Positions 10,712-22,269 of a stretch of DNA of 64,000 nt are shown piece after piece; position 1 is the first letter of the stretch; every line of letters begins with the position of its first letter. This DNA is from an uncultured Chloroflexia bacterium (GTDB lineage: Bacteria > Chloroflexota > Limnocylindria > Limnocylindrales > CSP1-4). The notes beneath the pieces are model-generated. The model searched no databases. It was not told the DNA's origin and saw nothing but the letters and a program-made list of their open reading frames with translations. The stretch lies in the NCBI GenBank assembly GCA_963712745.1, contig CAVQJC010000017.1, forward strand, positions 1 to 64,000, in the 5' to 3' direction. The position numbers were made by a program, and so were the translations under genes.

Positions 10712-11170
10712 ATGAACGATAAATCCATCGACGAGCTGGGGCCCGTCGATTACCTGATCGTCGAGTTCCCGAGCGGGCAGCAGAACTTCACCGGCGACGG
10801 CGCCACGGAGCTGCTCAAGCTCCACGATGCCGGCATCATCCGCATCATGGACCTAGTCATCATGGTCAAGGAGGAGGACGGTTCGATCGACGCGATGGAG
10901 CTGTCGGATGTGCCCGACCTCGGCGAGTTCGCCCGCATCGAGGCCGAGCTGGCCGAGACGCTATCGGCCGACGACGTCGTCACGCTCGCGGAGGCCATGG
11001 CCCCGGGCAGCGTGGCCGCCGCGCTCATCTACGAGAACCTCTGGGCCGCGCCGTTCGCCTCCGCGCTTCGCCGCGCCGGTGCCCAGTTGGTCGCTGACGG
11101 ACGCATCCCCATCCAGGCCATCATCGCCGCGGTCGAGGCCGACGCGGCACTCGAGGCAGAAGGAGCCTGA
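10712..11170 (+). CDS. DUF6325/DUF1269-like protein
   Basis: LGPVDYLIVEFP, IRIMDLV, YENLWAAPFA, GRIP. Confidence 0.75.
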   Translation: MNDKSIDELGPVDYLIVEFPSGQQNFTGDGATELLKLHDAGIIRIMDLVIMVKEEDGSIDAMELSDVPDLGEFARIEAELAETLSADDVVTLAEAMAPGSVAAALIYENLWAAPFASALRRAGAQLVADGRIPIQAIIAAVEADAALEAEGA

Positions 11171-11171
11171 C

Positions 11172-11354
11172 ATGCCACTACGACCATCCCGCGTGGCCAA
11201 GGCCGCGGTCGTCACCGCCGCCGTCAAGCCCGGCCCTTCGCCCGTAGCGAAGGCCGCCGTCGTTGGTTCCGCCGTCGCCAAGCCTGGCAGGTCGCCGGTA
11301 GCCAAGGCTGCGGTCGTCAGCGCAGCCGTCACACCCGGACGCCGCCGCTTCTAG
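11172..11354 (+). CDS. 60-aa peptide with three VAKAAVV repeats
   Basis: AAGGAG RBS; [60 protein letters not shown]. Confidence 0.6.
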   Translation: MPLRPSRVAKAAVVTAAVKPGPSPVAKAAVVGSAVAKPGRSPVAKAAVVSAAVTPGRRRF

Positions 11355-11427
11355 CCACCTACCGCCGGGCGTCCGCCGAGCGGGCGCCCGGTATCGCCCG
11401 CTTGGCACCATGAGGGAACTCGCCACA

Positions 11428-13804
11428 ATGCCTGACAACGCCGACCGCCATGCCCGCAGCATCCTTCCGATTCACGATCGGGAGCACGTCGGGCTCACGA
11501 CCTACGACGCCAAGGACCCTGACACGAGCTTCCCTCCCATCGAGCCGCTCCGTCCACCCGAGGGTGCACCGAACGTCCTGATCGTCCTGCTCGATGACGT
11601 CGGATTCGGCGCCTCGAGCGCGTTCGGCGGGCCCATCGCCACACCCACCGCCGAGCGCCTCGCGGCGAACGGCCTCAAGTACAACCGCTTCCACACGACC
11701 GCCCTGTGCGCGCCGACGCGCGCAGCGCTGCTCACCGGTCGCAACCACCACACCGTGAACATGGGCGCGATCACCGAGCTGGCGACATCCGCCCCGGGTC
11801 AGAATTCGATCATCCCCGATACCTGCGCGCCACTGGCCAAGACGCTGATGCTCAACGGCTACTCGACGGCCCAGTTCGGCAAGTGCCACGAGGTCCCGGT
11901 CTGGGAGTCGAGCCCGATGGGCCCGTTCCGCCAGTGGCCCACGGGCTCGCGGCTTCGAGCACTTCTACGGCTTCATCGGCGGTGAGACCAACCAGTACGC
12001 TCCGGCCATCTATCGGGACACCGTGCCGGTCGAACCGGATCGCACGCCCGAGGAGGGCTACCACTTCACCGAGGACATGACCGACCACGCCATCGACTGG
12101 GTCCGCCAGCAGAAGGCGCTCATGCCCGACAAGCCGTTCTTCATGTACTACGCACCCGGGCGCGACACACGCGCCACACCACGTGCCCGACCGAGTGGTC
12201 GGACAAGTACAAGGGTGCCTTCGACCAGGGCTGGGACGAGCTCCGCGATCGAGACCTTCGCGCGTCAGACAGGCGCTCGGCGTCATCCCGGCGGACGCGG
12301 AGCTGACCGAGCGGCCCGCCGAGATCCGCAGCCTGGGACGAGGTCGCCGGATGACCTCAAGCCGGTGCTCGCACGACAGATGGAGGTCTACGCCGGCTTC
12401 CTGGAGCACACCGACCACCATGTCGGCCGCCTCATCGACGCCATCGACGAGCTCGGCGTCCTCGACGACACGCTCATCTACTACATCATCGGCGACAACG
12501 GCGCCTCTGCGGAGGGCACGCCCAACGGCACGTTCAACGAGCTCATGAGCCTCAACGGCGCGGCCGCGCTCGAGACGACCGAGATGATGGTGTCCCACCT
12601 CGACGAGTTCGGGACACCGGCCGCGTACAACCACTACGCGGTGGGCTGGGCGCACGCGATGGACACGCCCTACCAGTGGACCAAGCAGGTCGCCTCGCAC
12701 TGGGGTGGCACCCGCAACGGCACGATCGTGCACTGGCCGGCCGGGATCAAGGCCAAGGGCCAGCTCCGCACGCAGTTCTCCCACGTCATCGACGTGGCCG
12801 CGACCGTCCTCGACGTGGCCGGCCTGCCACAGCCGACGTTCGTCAACGGCGTCCAGCAGAGACCGCTAGAGGGCTTCTCGATGCGGGCCTCCTTCGACGA
12901 CGCCGGCGCAGCGGAGCATCACGAGACGCAGTACTTCGAGATGTTCGTGAACCGCGGCATCTACCACAAGGGCTGGACCGCGGTCACCCGCCACAGCATC
13001 CCGTGGGTCCTGGCTGCGACACCGACGTCGTACGACGACGACGTCTGGGAGCTGTATGGGCCTGACGACTGGACCCAGGCGCACGACATCGCTGCCGAGC
13101 AACCCGAGCGGTTGCGTGAGCTCCAGCGGCTGTTCCTCATCGAGGCCACCAAGTACAACGTGCTGCCGCTCGACGACCGTCGCGCCGAGCGCTTCAATGC
13201 CGACCTTGCGGGCCGGCCCACCCTCATCAAGGGCCGGTCGCAAGTGCTCTTCGGCGGCATGGGGCGGCTATCGGAGAACTCGATGGTCGTGATCAAGAAC
13301 AAGTCGCACTCGGTCACCGCCAACATCACCGTGCCGGAGAGTGGGGCGAGTGGCGTCATCGTGGCCCAGGGCGGCGCCTTCGGCGGCTGGGCCCTGTATG
13401 CCATCGAGGGTCGGCCGGCCTACTGCTACAACACGTTCGGACTGGCGCGCTACAAGGTGACTGCCGACGCCGCCATGACCGCCGGGGAGCACCAGGTGCG
13501 CATGGAGTTCACCTACGACGGTGGCGGGCTGGGTAAGGGTGGCGACGTCGCGCTGTTCGTCGATGGCGAGCCGGTGGCACAGGGCCGAGTGGACGCCACG
13601 GTGCCCATGGTCTTCTCCGGCGATGAGACGACCGACGTGGGCGAGGACACCGCGACTCCTGTGAGCGACGACTACACCCCAAGGGGCAGTGTCTTCACCG
13701 GCCGCGTCAAGTGGGTGCAGATCGACATCGACGAAGCGGCGGAGGACTATGACCACCTCATCACCGACGAAGAGCGCTATCGGGTGGCGATGGCGCGGCA
13801 GTGA
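11428..13804 (+). CDS. Arylsulfatase (AtsA/AtsD-like); several frameshifts at 11950-12350
   Basis: [26 protein letters not shown] formylglycine motif, [19 protein letters not shown]. Confidence 0.9.
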
Positions 13805-13893
13805 CGATGGGCAGGCACCTTGGCCTGACGGCTGAGACTCCGGGAGGCACGAGACGTGCGTGACTTGGGAGTGCACTGACCAAGGAGTCTGGC

Positions 13894-14133
13894 CTACGGG
13901 GCACAGCGACCGTCGTCGCCGACGATTGCCGGGGTGTCGGTACCCAGCCTGCCGAGCCAGTACGCCGCCTGCGCCGCATTCAAGCACCCGGTCCGCCGGT
14001 ACAGCCCCGACAGATGCTGGCGCACCGTCGTCTCGCTGATACCCAACTCATACGCGGCCGCCGCTATCGAGCCCGCCGCGATGTAGGCGCGCAGGACCTC
14101 CAGTTGGCGCCGCGTCGGCCGCTGCCTCGCCAT
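13894..14133 (-). CDS. Stand-alone LuxR-type HTH protein, scaffold E copy 1
   Basis: PTRRQLEVL...AAYELGISETTVRQHLSGLYRRTG; about 160 bp identical to the copy at 36.4 kb. Confidence 0.75.
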   Translation of the reverse strand: MARQRPTRRQLEVLRAYIAAGSIAAAAYELGISETTVRQHLSGLYRRTGCLNAAQAAYWLGRLGTDTPAIVGDDGRCAP

Positions 14134-14255
14134 CAGCCGGCCTTCCGGTACGCAGCGGGCCACCGCCGCGCCACCAGAGTCACGTTCTCGAGCACGAATC
14201 GAGGCCGGAACCGCAGGTGGGCCAAGCTGGCGCGACCCCTCTCGCTCCGACCAAA
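14133..14255 (-). pseudogene. C-terminal remnant of the gene upstream of E, copy 1
   Basis: GRASLAHLRFRPRFVLEN...AYRKAG* with TGATG coupling, same frame as 36535-36655. Confidence 0.55.
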
Positions 14256-14425
14256 CCCACCTGTGTGACCACCGGGAGGGTTGGCAGGGCCATCCCCGAT
14301 GGAGGCGTCACCGCTGCCGCGAAGACGGCGGCTGGACGACTGACCTCGGAGTCTCTTCGCCGGGTTGGGCGAGATCCCCGATGACGTACCTGAGACACTT
14401 CGGGCCGGCCGTTCATCTTGTTTAC

Positions 14426-14974
14426 ATGGAAGTGATGACCCAGGCAACACCGCAGGACGTGCGGGGGGACATCGCGTCTGCTGCTGCCGGCGACCAGGCC
14501 GCGTTCGGGCGGATCGTGGCCGATCACCACGAGGACATGCGGCGCGTCTGCGCCTTCGTCACCGGCGATGAAGTCATCGCCGACGATGCCGTGCAAGCGG
14601 CCTGGGCCATCGCCTGGCAGAAGCTCGGGTCGCTCCGCGAGCCCGAACGGTTGCGCTCGTGGCTCATGCGGGTCGCGATCAACGAGGCCAAGCACCTCGC
14701 ACGACGCGGCAGACGACGCAGCGAGATCGAGGTGCGGACGAGTGCTACGGGAGAACCGGGCGGCATCGATCCTGCCACGGGCATCGACGCCATCGACCTT
14801 CAGGCAGCCATCGCGAGGCTGGACCCTGACGACCGCGCCCTGCTTGCGCTGCGGTACGGCGCCGGCTTCAACGCGGCCGAACTTTCGGCGGCGCTCGGGA
14901 TAAGCCCATCCGGTACCCGCACACGCCTCGAGCGACTCGTCAAGCGACTCCGCAAGGAACTCGGCCATGGATGA
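14426..14974 (+). CDS. ECF RNA polymerase sigma factor
   Basis: GDQAAF, ADDAVQAAW, LRSWLMRVAINE, region 4. Confidence 0.9.
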   Translation: MEVMTQATPQDVRGDIASAAAGDQAAFGRIVADHHEDMRRVCAFVTGDEVIADDAVQAAWAIAWQKLGSLREPERLRSWLMRVAINEAKHLARRGRRRSEIEVRTSATGEPGGIDPATGIDAIDLQAAIARLDPDDRALLALRYGAGFNAAELSAALGISPSGTRTRLERLVKRLRKELGHG

Positions 14975-15830
14975 TCTGAACGCCTTCGAGCGGCAGCTCG
15001 AGCGCGAGGTCCATCGCGCCTTCGGCCCGCCGCGCCCGGTCGATGTCGCCGCCATCGTCCGAACCGCGACGACGCGCTCGACCCCGTCCACCAGGTCACC
15101 TCAGCGCAGCCGCTGGTTGACCCTGCCCATCCCCTACCGGAGGACACAGAGACCCACCGCCGCCGACACCACCGAGTTCCAGCCCAGTCCCATCCCGGCC
15201 ACCAACGGCCATACCCCCACCGTCATCGGGAGGACCAGTTCCATGCTCAGCCCAGTCAAGGCCATCACGGCCGGTGCCCTCGTCTTCGGCATCGGAGGGG
15301 TGATGCTCATCGCCCAGCCCTTCGGGCAGCAGTCCAGCGTTCCGGGGGCGGAGGTACCCGCAGAGGGGATGGAGCCAGCCTTCTTCACTGGCACGCTCGG
15401 TGGTGGATGGACCCCCATCGGCCAAGGGACGGTCGAGACCCGGGCTGATGGGGTCATCGTGACCAGTGGAGAAGGCTTTGCCAACATCGAGTTCACCACG
15501 AACGACCCGAGGATGACGGGACGGCTCTCGATGATGAAGACCGAAGAGGACTATCGGGAAGGCGTGCTCGACGACTCACCGACCGGCGAGATCGGAGCGA
15601 TGCGTGTGGGCTACATGCGTATCGAGAACGACGGTGGGTCATGGGAGGGGACCGTCAACAACCTCCAGTTGGAGAACCCGCAGTGGGAGATCGACGAGGG
15701 CTGGTTCGAGGGCACGGGAGACTATGAGGGTCTGACGGCCTATGTCGTCATCGAGAACATCGACACCATCCGGGGCTACATCACCCCGACCGGACCCCCT
15801 CCGATGCCGGAGCCACTCCCGGAGCAGTAG
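14967..15830 (+). CDS. Membrane-anchored anti-sigma-like protein with small extracytoplasmic beta domain
   Basis: Overlaps the sigma stop; single TM; DPRMTG...RIENDGGSWEG...GDYEGLTA. Confidence 0.7.
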   Translation: MDDLNAFERQLEREVHRAFGPPRPVDVAAIVRTATTRSTPSTRSPQRSRWLTLPIPYRRTQRPTAADTTEFQPSPIPATNGHTPTVIGRTSSMLSPVKAITAGALVFGIGGVMLIAQPFGQQSSVPGAEVPAEGMEPAFFTGTLGGGWTPIGQGTVETRADGVIVTSGEGFANIEFTTNDPRMTGRLSMMKTEEDYREGVLDDSPTGEIGAMRVGYMRIENDGGSWEGTVNNLQLENPQWEIDEGWFEGTGDYEGLTAYVVIENIDTIRGYITPTGPPPMPEPLPEQ

Positions 15831-15857
15831 CCCCAGCGGCCATCGACGCTGAGTCCG

Positions 15858-15887
15858 GGTCCCTCGGTCTTCGGGCCGAGGGACCCG
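15858..15887 (+). terminator. Hairpin terminator
   Basis: gggtccctcggtc-ttcg-ggccgagggaccc. Confidence 0.55.
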
Positions 15888-15929
15888 TCGTTCGCGGCGG
15901 TCACGTCGCGGCACCCGGCGATCCACCCC

Positions 15930-17007
15930 GGTAGCCACCACGGCTGGACGAAGGACTACGCCACGTCTGACGAACGGCTGACGATGCTCCTGCCATCCCC
16001 ATCCAGCACGGTCACGGATATCTGGAAAGTGTCGGCGCGACCCCTCTCGTCTCGACCGAGGTCTGGGACCCTGGGATGGCCTCCTTCGGGCCGGCGGGCT
16101 CGCTGGCCGAGGGACGCGGGCTTCATTCGGCCACGCTCTGGCCGACGGTCGTGTGCTGGTAGTCGGCGGCTGGGTGCCCTGGAGCGGCCTGAGCTCGGCC
16201 GAGATCTGGGATCCGCAGACCACCTCGTTTAGCCCGACCGGCTCGCTGATGGAGGCGCGTATGGGCCATGCCGCCACGCGATTGCCCGACGGCCGGGTGC
16301 TGATCGTCGGCGGCTCGGGCCAGGACGAGTTCGCTCTCCGCTCGGCGGAGATCTGGGACCCGGCGAGTGAGCCGTTCAGCCCGGCAGGTTCGCTATCCGA
16401 GGGACGCGTCTTCCACACCGCCACGCCACTCGCTGATGGGCGCGTCCTCGTCGTCGGCGGGACGGGGAACGAGCAGCTGGACCGTCCCGGGACCCAAACG
16501 GCACTCGGCATCAGCCTGAGCTCGGCCGAGGTCTGGAATCCGGCCTCCGGGTCGTTCGGCCCCGCCGGCTCGCTGATGGAGGCGCGTGCGGGCCATGCCG
16601 CCTCGCGATTGCCCGACGGCCGGGTGCTGGTCGTCGGAGGCGGGGACCTCGTCGCCGGCAGTCTGAGCTTCACCGACCTGCTCGATTTGGCCGAGGTGTG
16701 GGACCCAGCGACGAGCACGTCCAGCCCGACAGGCCCTCTTGTGGCCGAACGCTTCGCCCACACTGCCACCGCGCTGCCCGACGGCCGGGTCCTCGTCGTC
16801 GGCGGTGTCGATGAGAGTCGCTACGTCGCATCGGCCGAGATCTGGGACCCGACGATGAGTTCGTTCGGCCCGGCAGGCTCGCTCGTGGACGCACGCTCCG
16901 ACCACACCGCTTCGGCCCTGCTCGACGGCCGCGTCCTCGTCGTGGGAGGCAGCGCCTACGGCGACCCTCTGGATCTGGCGGAGCTCTGGGAACCCGACGA
17001 AAGATAG
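15930..17007 (+). pseudogene. Kelch-repeat protein, 5' part frameshifted and truncated
   Basis: Repeated HTAT-LPDGRVLVVGG-SAEIWDP units; degraded units upstream of 16153. Confidence 0.8.
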
Positions 17008-17302
17008 CCTCCATCCTGGCCGATGGGTCCTGGGGCGACCCGAGCGCATCGCCACCGGCCGAGCAGCGCCTGCGGTCGACTCTTCGCCGGCCCCGTCGAC
17101 GGGACGTGGCCTGCGTGGCCGCGAGGCTGCCTCTGCCTCCAACGTCATCCCAAGCGCCCAAGCCTGTTTGACCGTTCGGGCGTCTAGCCACCGCCTCAAC
17201 CGAGATATCCGCTTCCGAGCCGTCCACTCGCTGATGCTGAGCCGAACCGCGCCCGACCGGCCGGGTAGGTGATCCGCTCGCGCCTGTCAGGCCGTCAGGT
17301 CG

Positions 17303-17610
17303 CTAGTCGAGCAGCGCATCGACCCTCTGGGCGGACTTCACCAGGCGGGCGAGGGGCTCGCCGGCGTAGACCTGCCCGAGGACATCGCCGTTGCGCCACC
17401 AGAGGGCCGGGTACCCTGCCGCCACTGCCCTGTCCCCGATGGTGTCGATCTCGCGCGTCTTCGCACCGTTCAATGCTGCCAGCTCGACGGCCCGCTCCAT
17501 GATGAGTGCTGCGTTCGACTGACAGCTCAGCTCGAAGTGCGGGCTGCCGACCCAGGTGGCCGAGACCTGGGTCCGACCCAGGCTGAGGTCGTACCGGGGC
17601 TTGCCCCTCC
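17303..17610 (-). CDS. Hypothetical protein, probably 5'-truncated
   Basis: Protein-like segment RYDLSLGRTQVSATW...RVDALLD; no clear start. Confidence 0.3.
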
Positions 17611-17788
17611 GCTTGCGCGGCGGCCAGGGCCGGGTCGGTCCTCGATCTCGACACCGCACTCGCGGCACTGGCGGCGTGGGGTGACCATCGCTCGCAGCTG
17701 CGCCGTGCCCCTCCGCGCCACGGCTACGAGGTCATCCATCACGACCATCATCCCATCGCGCGACCGGGTTTCCGCATCTATTCGGCGC

Positions 17789-17914
17789 AATCAGGCAGAA
17801 CTCGGCCGCGCGTGTAACGTGCGGCGTGGTCCCCCGGGCGACTACGTCGCACACAGTGGGGTACCGGTGGTCAGCGCCAGGCTCAACGTCCGCCTGAGCG
17901 CCGCCGCTGGCTCA
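17789..17914 (-). repeat. Scaffold motif B copy 2 plus duplicated HNH 3' end
   Basis: aatcaggcagaactcggccgcgcgtg...ggggtaccggtggtcagcgcc; cgccgccgctggctca at 17899-17914. Confidence 0.85.
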
Positions 17915-17988
17915 GGCCATTGCGCAGTCCTGCCCGCCATGCCGTCTGGCCCTTGACCCGCTGAGCGGGGCGCAGAGGATGAGGACAG

Positions 17989-19290
17989 GTGGAGGCACGG
18001 ATGCGACGGCTGTCGAATGTGCTGCTGATAGCGAGTCTGGCGAGTGTCCTTGCCGCCCCCGCAGCGGCTGAGCAGGCGCCCTCGGTCAGACCGGCCGCAA
18101 CGGGGTCGCCCTATGCCAACCCCATGGGCGTCGTGGCCTCGGAGATCATGGCCCGTGTCGAGGCGACACGCGGATTGCGACCCCTGGCCGATGTCCCTAT
18201 CCGCATCGTCGGTCAGCAGGAAGCGACAGCCGATCTCCTCGAGCCACTGACGGATGAGGACATCGAGAGGATCAGGGCTGAGGAGCTCCTCCTCAAGCGC
18301 ATCGGTCTCCTCCCGCAGGGGATGGACCTCCTCGCGACCGTCGAGGGCCTGCTCGAGGCAGAAGTGGGTGGCTACTACCGCCCCGATGAGGGGGAGATCG
18401 CCGTCGCCGCCACCTTGCTGGACCAGGAGAACGACGCGGCGAAGCGCTGGATACTCGCCCACGAGTACGTCCACGCCTTGCAGGACCAGCACTTCGGCAT
18501 CGATGCGGTCAAGGATGCCGCTGCGCCGGGTGACGAGCGGTCAGCGGTGATCGCCCTCGCAGAGGGTGACGCCGTGTTCCTGACGGTCCAGATGGCGCTC
18601 AGTGGCGCCCTCCCGGCCAGTCCCACCGCCGCCGAGCAGACTGCGCTCGCCGACGGCACTGGTCTGGACGCGCTGCCGCCGTTGATGCAGCGCGAGATGG
18701 TCTTCCCCTATCTCGACGGGATGGACTTCGTGGAACACCTCTGGGACATCGGAGGCTGGCCCGCCATCGACGGGACCTGGCTGGACCCACCGACCTCGAC
18801 GGAGCAGATCATGCATCCGGCACTCTACCCTGACGAGCGGCCCGTCCCGATCCGGCTCCCCGATGTGGCCGGCCTGCTCGGTGCTGACTGGGCCGCTGGC
18901 TTCGAGAGCACGATGGGTGAGTTGCGGGTCGGTGTCTTCGTCGCAGACGACGAGCCGTTCGAGATGCTGCTGCCAACGCCTGTGGCCGTGACCCTGCCCA
19001 AGGCGGAGGCGGCGACCGGCTGGGGTGGCGACACGATCATCACCGTGGATGGTCCCGAGGGCGATTGGGTGGTCGTGTGGCAGACCGCGTGGGACACGGC
19101 GCGGGATGCGGATGAGTTCGCGGTTGCGGCGCTGGTCGCCATGGACGACCTAGCGGGCGCCCACACGGTGATCCCCGACATCGACATCGGGGACACAGCG
19201 CCTGCCGAGCGGAGCGTCCTGCTACTTGTCGCCGATGGGGACGCGACGATGTCCCGCCTGAGGGATGCGCTGGGGATTACTGGAGACTGA
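17989..19290 (+). CDS. Secreted zinc-metallopeptidase-like protein
   Basis: Signal peptide; LAHEYVHALQDQHF, EGDA, FPYLDG, PTSTEQIMHP. Confidence 0.75.
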   Translation: MEARMRRLSNVLLIASLASVLAAPAAAEQAPSVRPAATGSPYANPMGVVASEIMARVEATRGLRPLADVPIRIVGQQEATADLLEPLTDEDIERIRAEELLLKRIGLLPQGMDLLATVEGLLEAEVGGYYRPDEGEIAVAATLLDQENDAAKRWILAHEYVHALQDQHFGIDAVKDAAAPGDERSAVIALAEGDAVFLTVQMALSGALPASPTAAEQTALADGTGLDALPPLMQREMVFPYLDGMDFVEHLWDIGGWPAIDGTWLDPPTSTEQIMHPALYPDERPVPIRLPDVAGLLGADWAAGFESTMGELRVGVFVADDEPFEMLLPTPVAVTLPKAEAATGWGGDTIITVDGPEGDWVVVWQTAWDTARDADEFAVAALVAMDDLAGAHTVIPDIDIGDTAPAERSVLLLVADGDATMSRLRDALGITGD

Positions 19291-19351
19291 CCTCGGTCCG
19301 CCCCGTCGTCCCCTGGCGCCGATTTCCTGTATTACCAGGTACCCCACGCCG

Positions 19352-19620
19352 TCACCGCCGCCGCTGGCTCAACCCCTTCCGCGCGTTGCAGCTCGCGCAG
19401 AGCACACCAGGCCGAGCCGGCAGCGGCTCACCCCCGAGGACGAGCGGCACGGGATGGTCGGCTGCGAGCTCGCCGGGTCGCACCGGGTGCGACCCGCGAT
19501 GCCAGCCCGGGCAGGTCCAGCCCTGGCGAGCGACATGCTCCTCGACCGTCTGCTTCGCCAAGCGGCGCCACGCCGACGTCCGCCTGATCGGATGGTCAGG
19601 CGTGCGGGGGTAGTCGCGTG
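19352..19620 (-). pseudogene. HNH endonuclease, scaffold C copy 2, 5'-truncated
   Basis: RTPDHPIRRTSAWRRLAK...LCASCNARKGLSQRRR nearly identical to 2724-3113; N-terminal Cys cluster absent. Confidence 0.8.
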
Positions 19621-19706
19621 ACCGGGGACGCGACATCGATCGAGTCTTCACGGGAACGGTCCAAGATTGGGGGCGGTCACTGGACGCGCACGGTATCTTC
19701 ACGGCC

Positions 19707-22269
19707 ATGCTGCTGGATCGCGAGCCAGAGTTGGCGACCCTCCGCCGACTTGTCGATGCACTCGACGAGCATGCCGGTAAGGTCGTGCTCATCCGCGGCG
19801 AGGCGGGCATCGGCAAGAGCGCGCTGGTGCAGGCGTTCCTGCGATCGCAGAACGACGACGTGACCAGTCTCTATGGCGGGTGTGACGACTTGTTCATCCC
19901 GCAGCCCTGGGGCCCGTTCTGGGACATCGCGCGGTCCGAAGCCACCCTTCGACCGGCACTCGACGCCGGTGACCGGTCGCGCTTGCTCGACGCCCTCGTT
20001 TACCTGCTGGCCAGACCGACACGACCGACCATCCTGGTGATCGAGGACACGCACTGGGCGGATGAGGCGACCCTGGACGCCATCCGCTACCTTGGCCGTC
20101 GCATCGGGCGAACCAACGGACTGCTGCTGCTCACGTATCGGGATGGCGAGGTCGACGATGACCATCCGTTGCGACGTGTCATCGGTGATATCCCGCCTGG
20201 TGACATCGTCCGCCTGCACCTCGATGGCCTATCGTTGGAGGCCATCGCGGAGATCGCCGCGGACACACAGCTGGACGCCCACGAGATCCTGCGGGCCACT
20301 CGGGGAAACCCCTTGCTGGTCACGGAGATGGTCTTCGGCAGCGGCGATTCGGTCTCGTCGTCGCTGAGCGATTCACTTCTCGCGCGACTCAAGCGCATGA
20401 CCATCGCCTCGCAGGAGGCGCTCAAGACCCTGTCGGTCATCCCCGAGCCCATCCCGCGATCCGATGCGCTCCGCCTGTCCGGCGTGGATACGGAACGCCT
20501 TGATGAATGCGAACAGCGCGGCTTCCTCGAGCCCAGCGACGACATGGTCACCTTCCGCCACGACCTCATCCGCCGCGCCGTCGAGTCGGTCATGAGCACC
20601 AGTCAACGGCACGCGAAGCTCCGGGCCGCTCTGGCCGGGCTACCGGAGGAGACGCATCCCTGTCTGCTCATCCACTGCGCGTCAGAGGTCAAGGACATCG
20701 ACCGCCTCATCGACCTGGCACCTCGGTCCGCGCGCTACGCGGCCGCAGCGGGCAGCCACATCCAGGCGGCCGAGGACTTCCGCGAGGTGGGGCCGTATTT
20801 GGATCGCTTCGTCCCTGAGGATCTCGGACCGCTGCTTGATGCGTGGGCCCGCGAAGAGTTCCTCGTCGACGATGTCGCTGAAGCCATCCGAATCAACGGC
20901 CTCGCGCGCGATCACTACCGCCGCATCGGCGACCCTGGGGCCGAGTCCCGTGCCCTGGCTCACGCGGCCCACTACTGCGAGAACGACGGGCAGCGCGCCC
21001 GAGCGGAGGAGCTGGCCGCCGAGGCCGTCGCCGTCCTCGGTGCCGAGCCCGCGGGCATGGACCTGGCTCGCGCCCTGGAGGTCAATGCCTACCTGCAGAT
21101 GATGGCCGGCGACGCCGAGGCCGTCTTCGAACTCGTGGACGCGACCATCGAAGCCGGCGGGCCCGATATCGACGACGCCATCCTGGTGCGCTCCCTGGTG
21201 CATCGCGGCATCATGGCCAACATCGTCGACTACCCGACCGGTCGTGTCAGTCTTGACGAGGCCAGGGATCGAGCTGAGGCCACGGGCCAGTGGTACGAGG
21301 CGTCTCGCGCCCCCTTTCTCCACGCGTCGGCGGCGGCCGAGGCCTACGACCTCGGGGTCGCGTCTGACTACGCCAAGCGCGCCTTGGTGACCGCCGCTCG
21401 ACACGAGATGCCCAACCTCGAGGTCTACGCCAAGGCGCTGAACGCCAGGATCGCCGAACTCGTGGGACGATGGGATGAGGCCGCCGACCTTGCCCGAGAG
21501 GTCCTCGACGCTTCCGCGATCAGCCTCATGGTCGCCCTGCCCATCCTCGGCGGCATCGAGGCTCGCAAGGGCCGAGCTTCTGCTCGGGACGTTCTCATGC
21601 GCGCCTGGGAAAAGGCCTCCCAGGCCGGTGAGATGCAGCGCCTGGCACCGGCCGCGGTGGCGGTCGCAGAGCACGCCTGGATTCTCCGGGGACTCGATCG
21701 TCCCCGTGGAACGGGTCGCCTCGGTGATGCTGGCCGGAGTCGACAAGGGCTTCGCCTGGTCGTCGGGCAGGATCGCCTTCTGGTTGTGGCAGATCGGTGA
21801 GCTCACCATGGCGCCGGCCGGTATCGCCGAGCCATTCCGGCTGATGATCCATGGCCAGAGCGTTACGGCCGCACGCATCTGGGAGGCCCGTGGCGCCCCC
21901 TACGAGCGTGCCTTGGCCCTGATGCATGGGACGGCGTCCGACCAACTCGAAGGCCTCGAGAACCTGGAATCGCTGGGCGCGGCAGCCGTCGCCTCTCGGT
22001 ACCGCAAGGTCTTGCGCGACCAGGGCATCACCGTGCCGCGTGGCAAGGGCCAAGCCACCCGGGCTCACGCCGCCGGTTTGACCGCTCGGCAAGCCGAGGT
22101 GCTGCTGTTGCTGGCCGACGGTCTCTCGAATACCGAGATCGCGGATCGGCTCTTCATCTCGCCACGCACCGTTGAGAACCACGTGTCCGCGGTGCTTGAC
22201 AAGTTCGACGTCCTGACCCGCGACGAGGCGGTGGACCACGCTCGTGCTACAGGCCTGCACCAGGGCTGA
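19707..22269 (+). CDS. AAA-ATPase/LuxR-family transcriptional regulator; frameshift near 21690
   Basis: GEAGIGKS, IEDTHWADEAT, GNPL, GLTARQAEVL...ISPRTVENHVS. Confidence 0.85.

Noticed and set aside
16153-17007. DNA repeats as a non-coding array
   Set aside because: Explained by in-frame Kelch repeats
6540-21700. Programmed frameshifting in the two LuxR regulators
   Set aside because: No slippery heptamer or stimulatory structure seen; simple indels suffice
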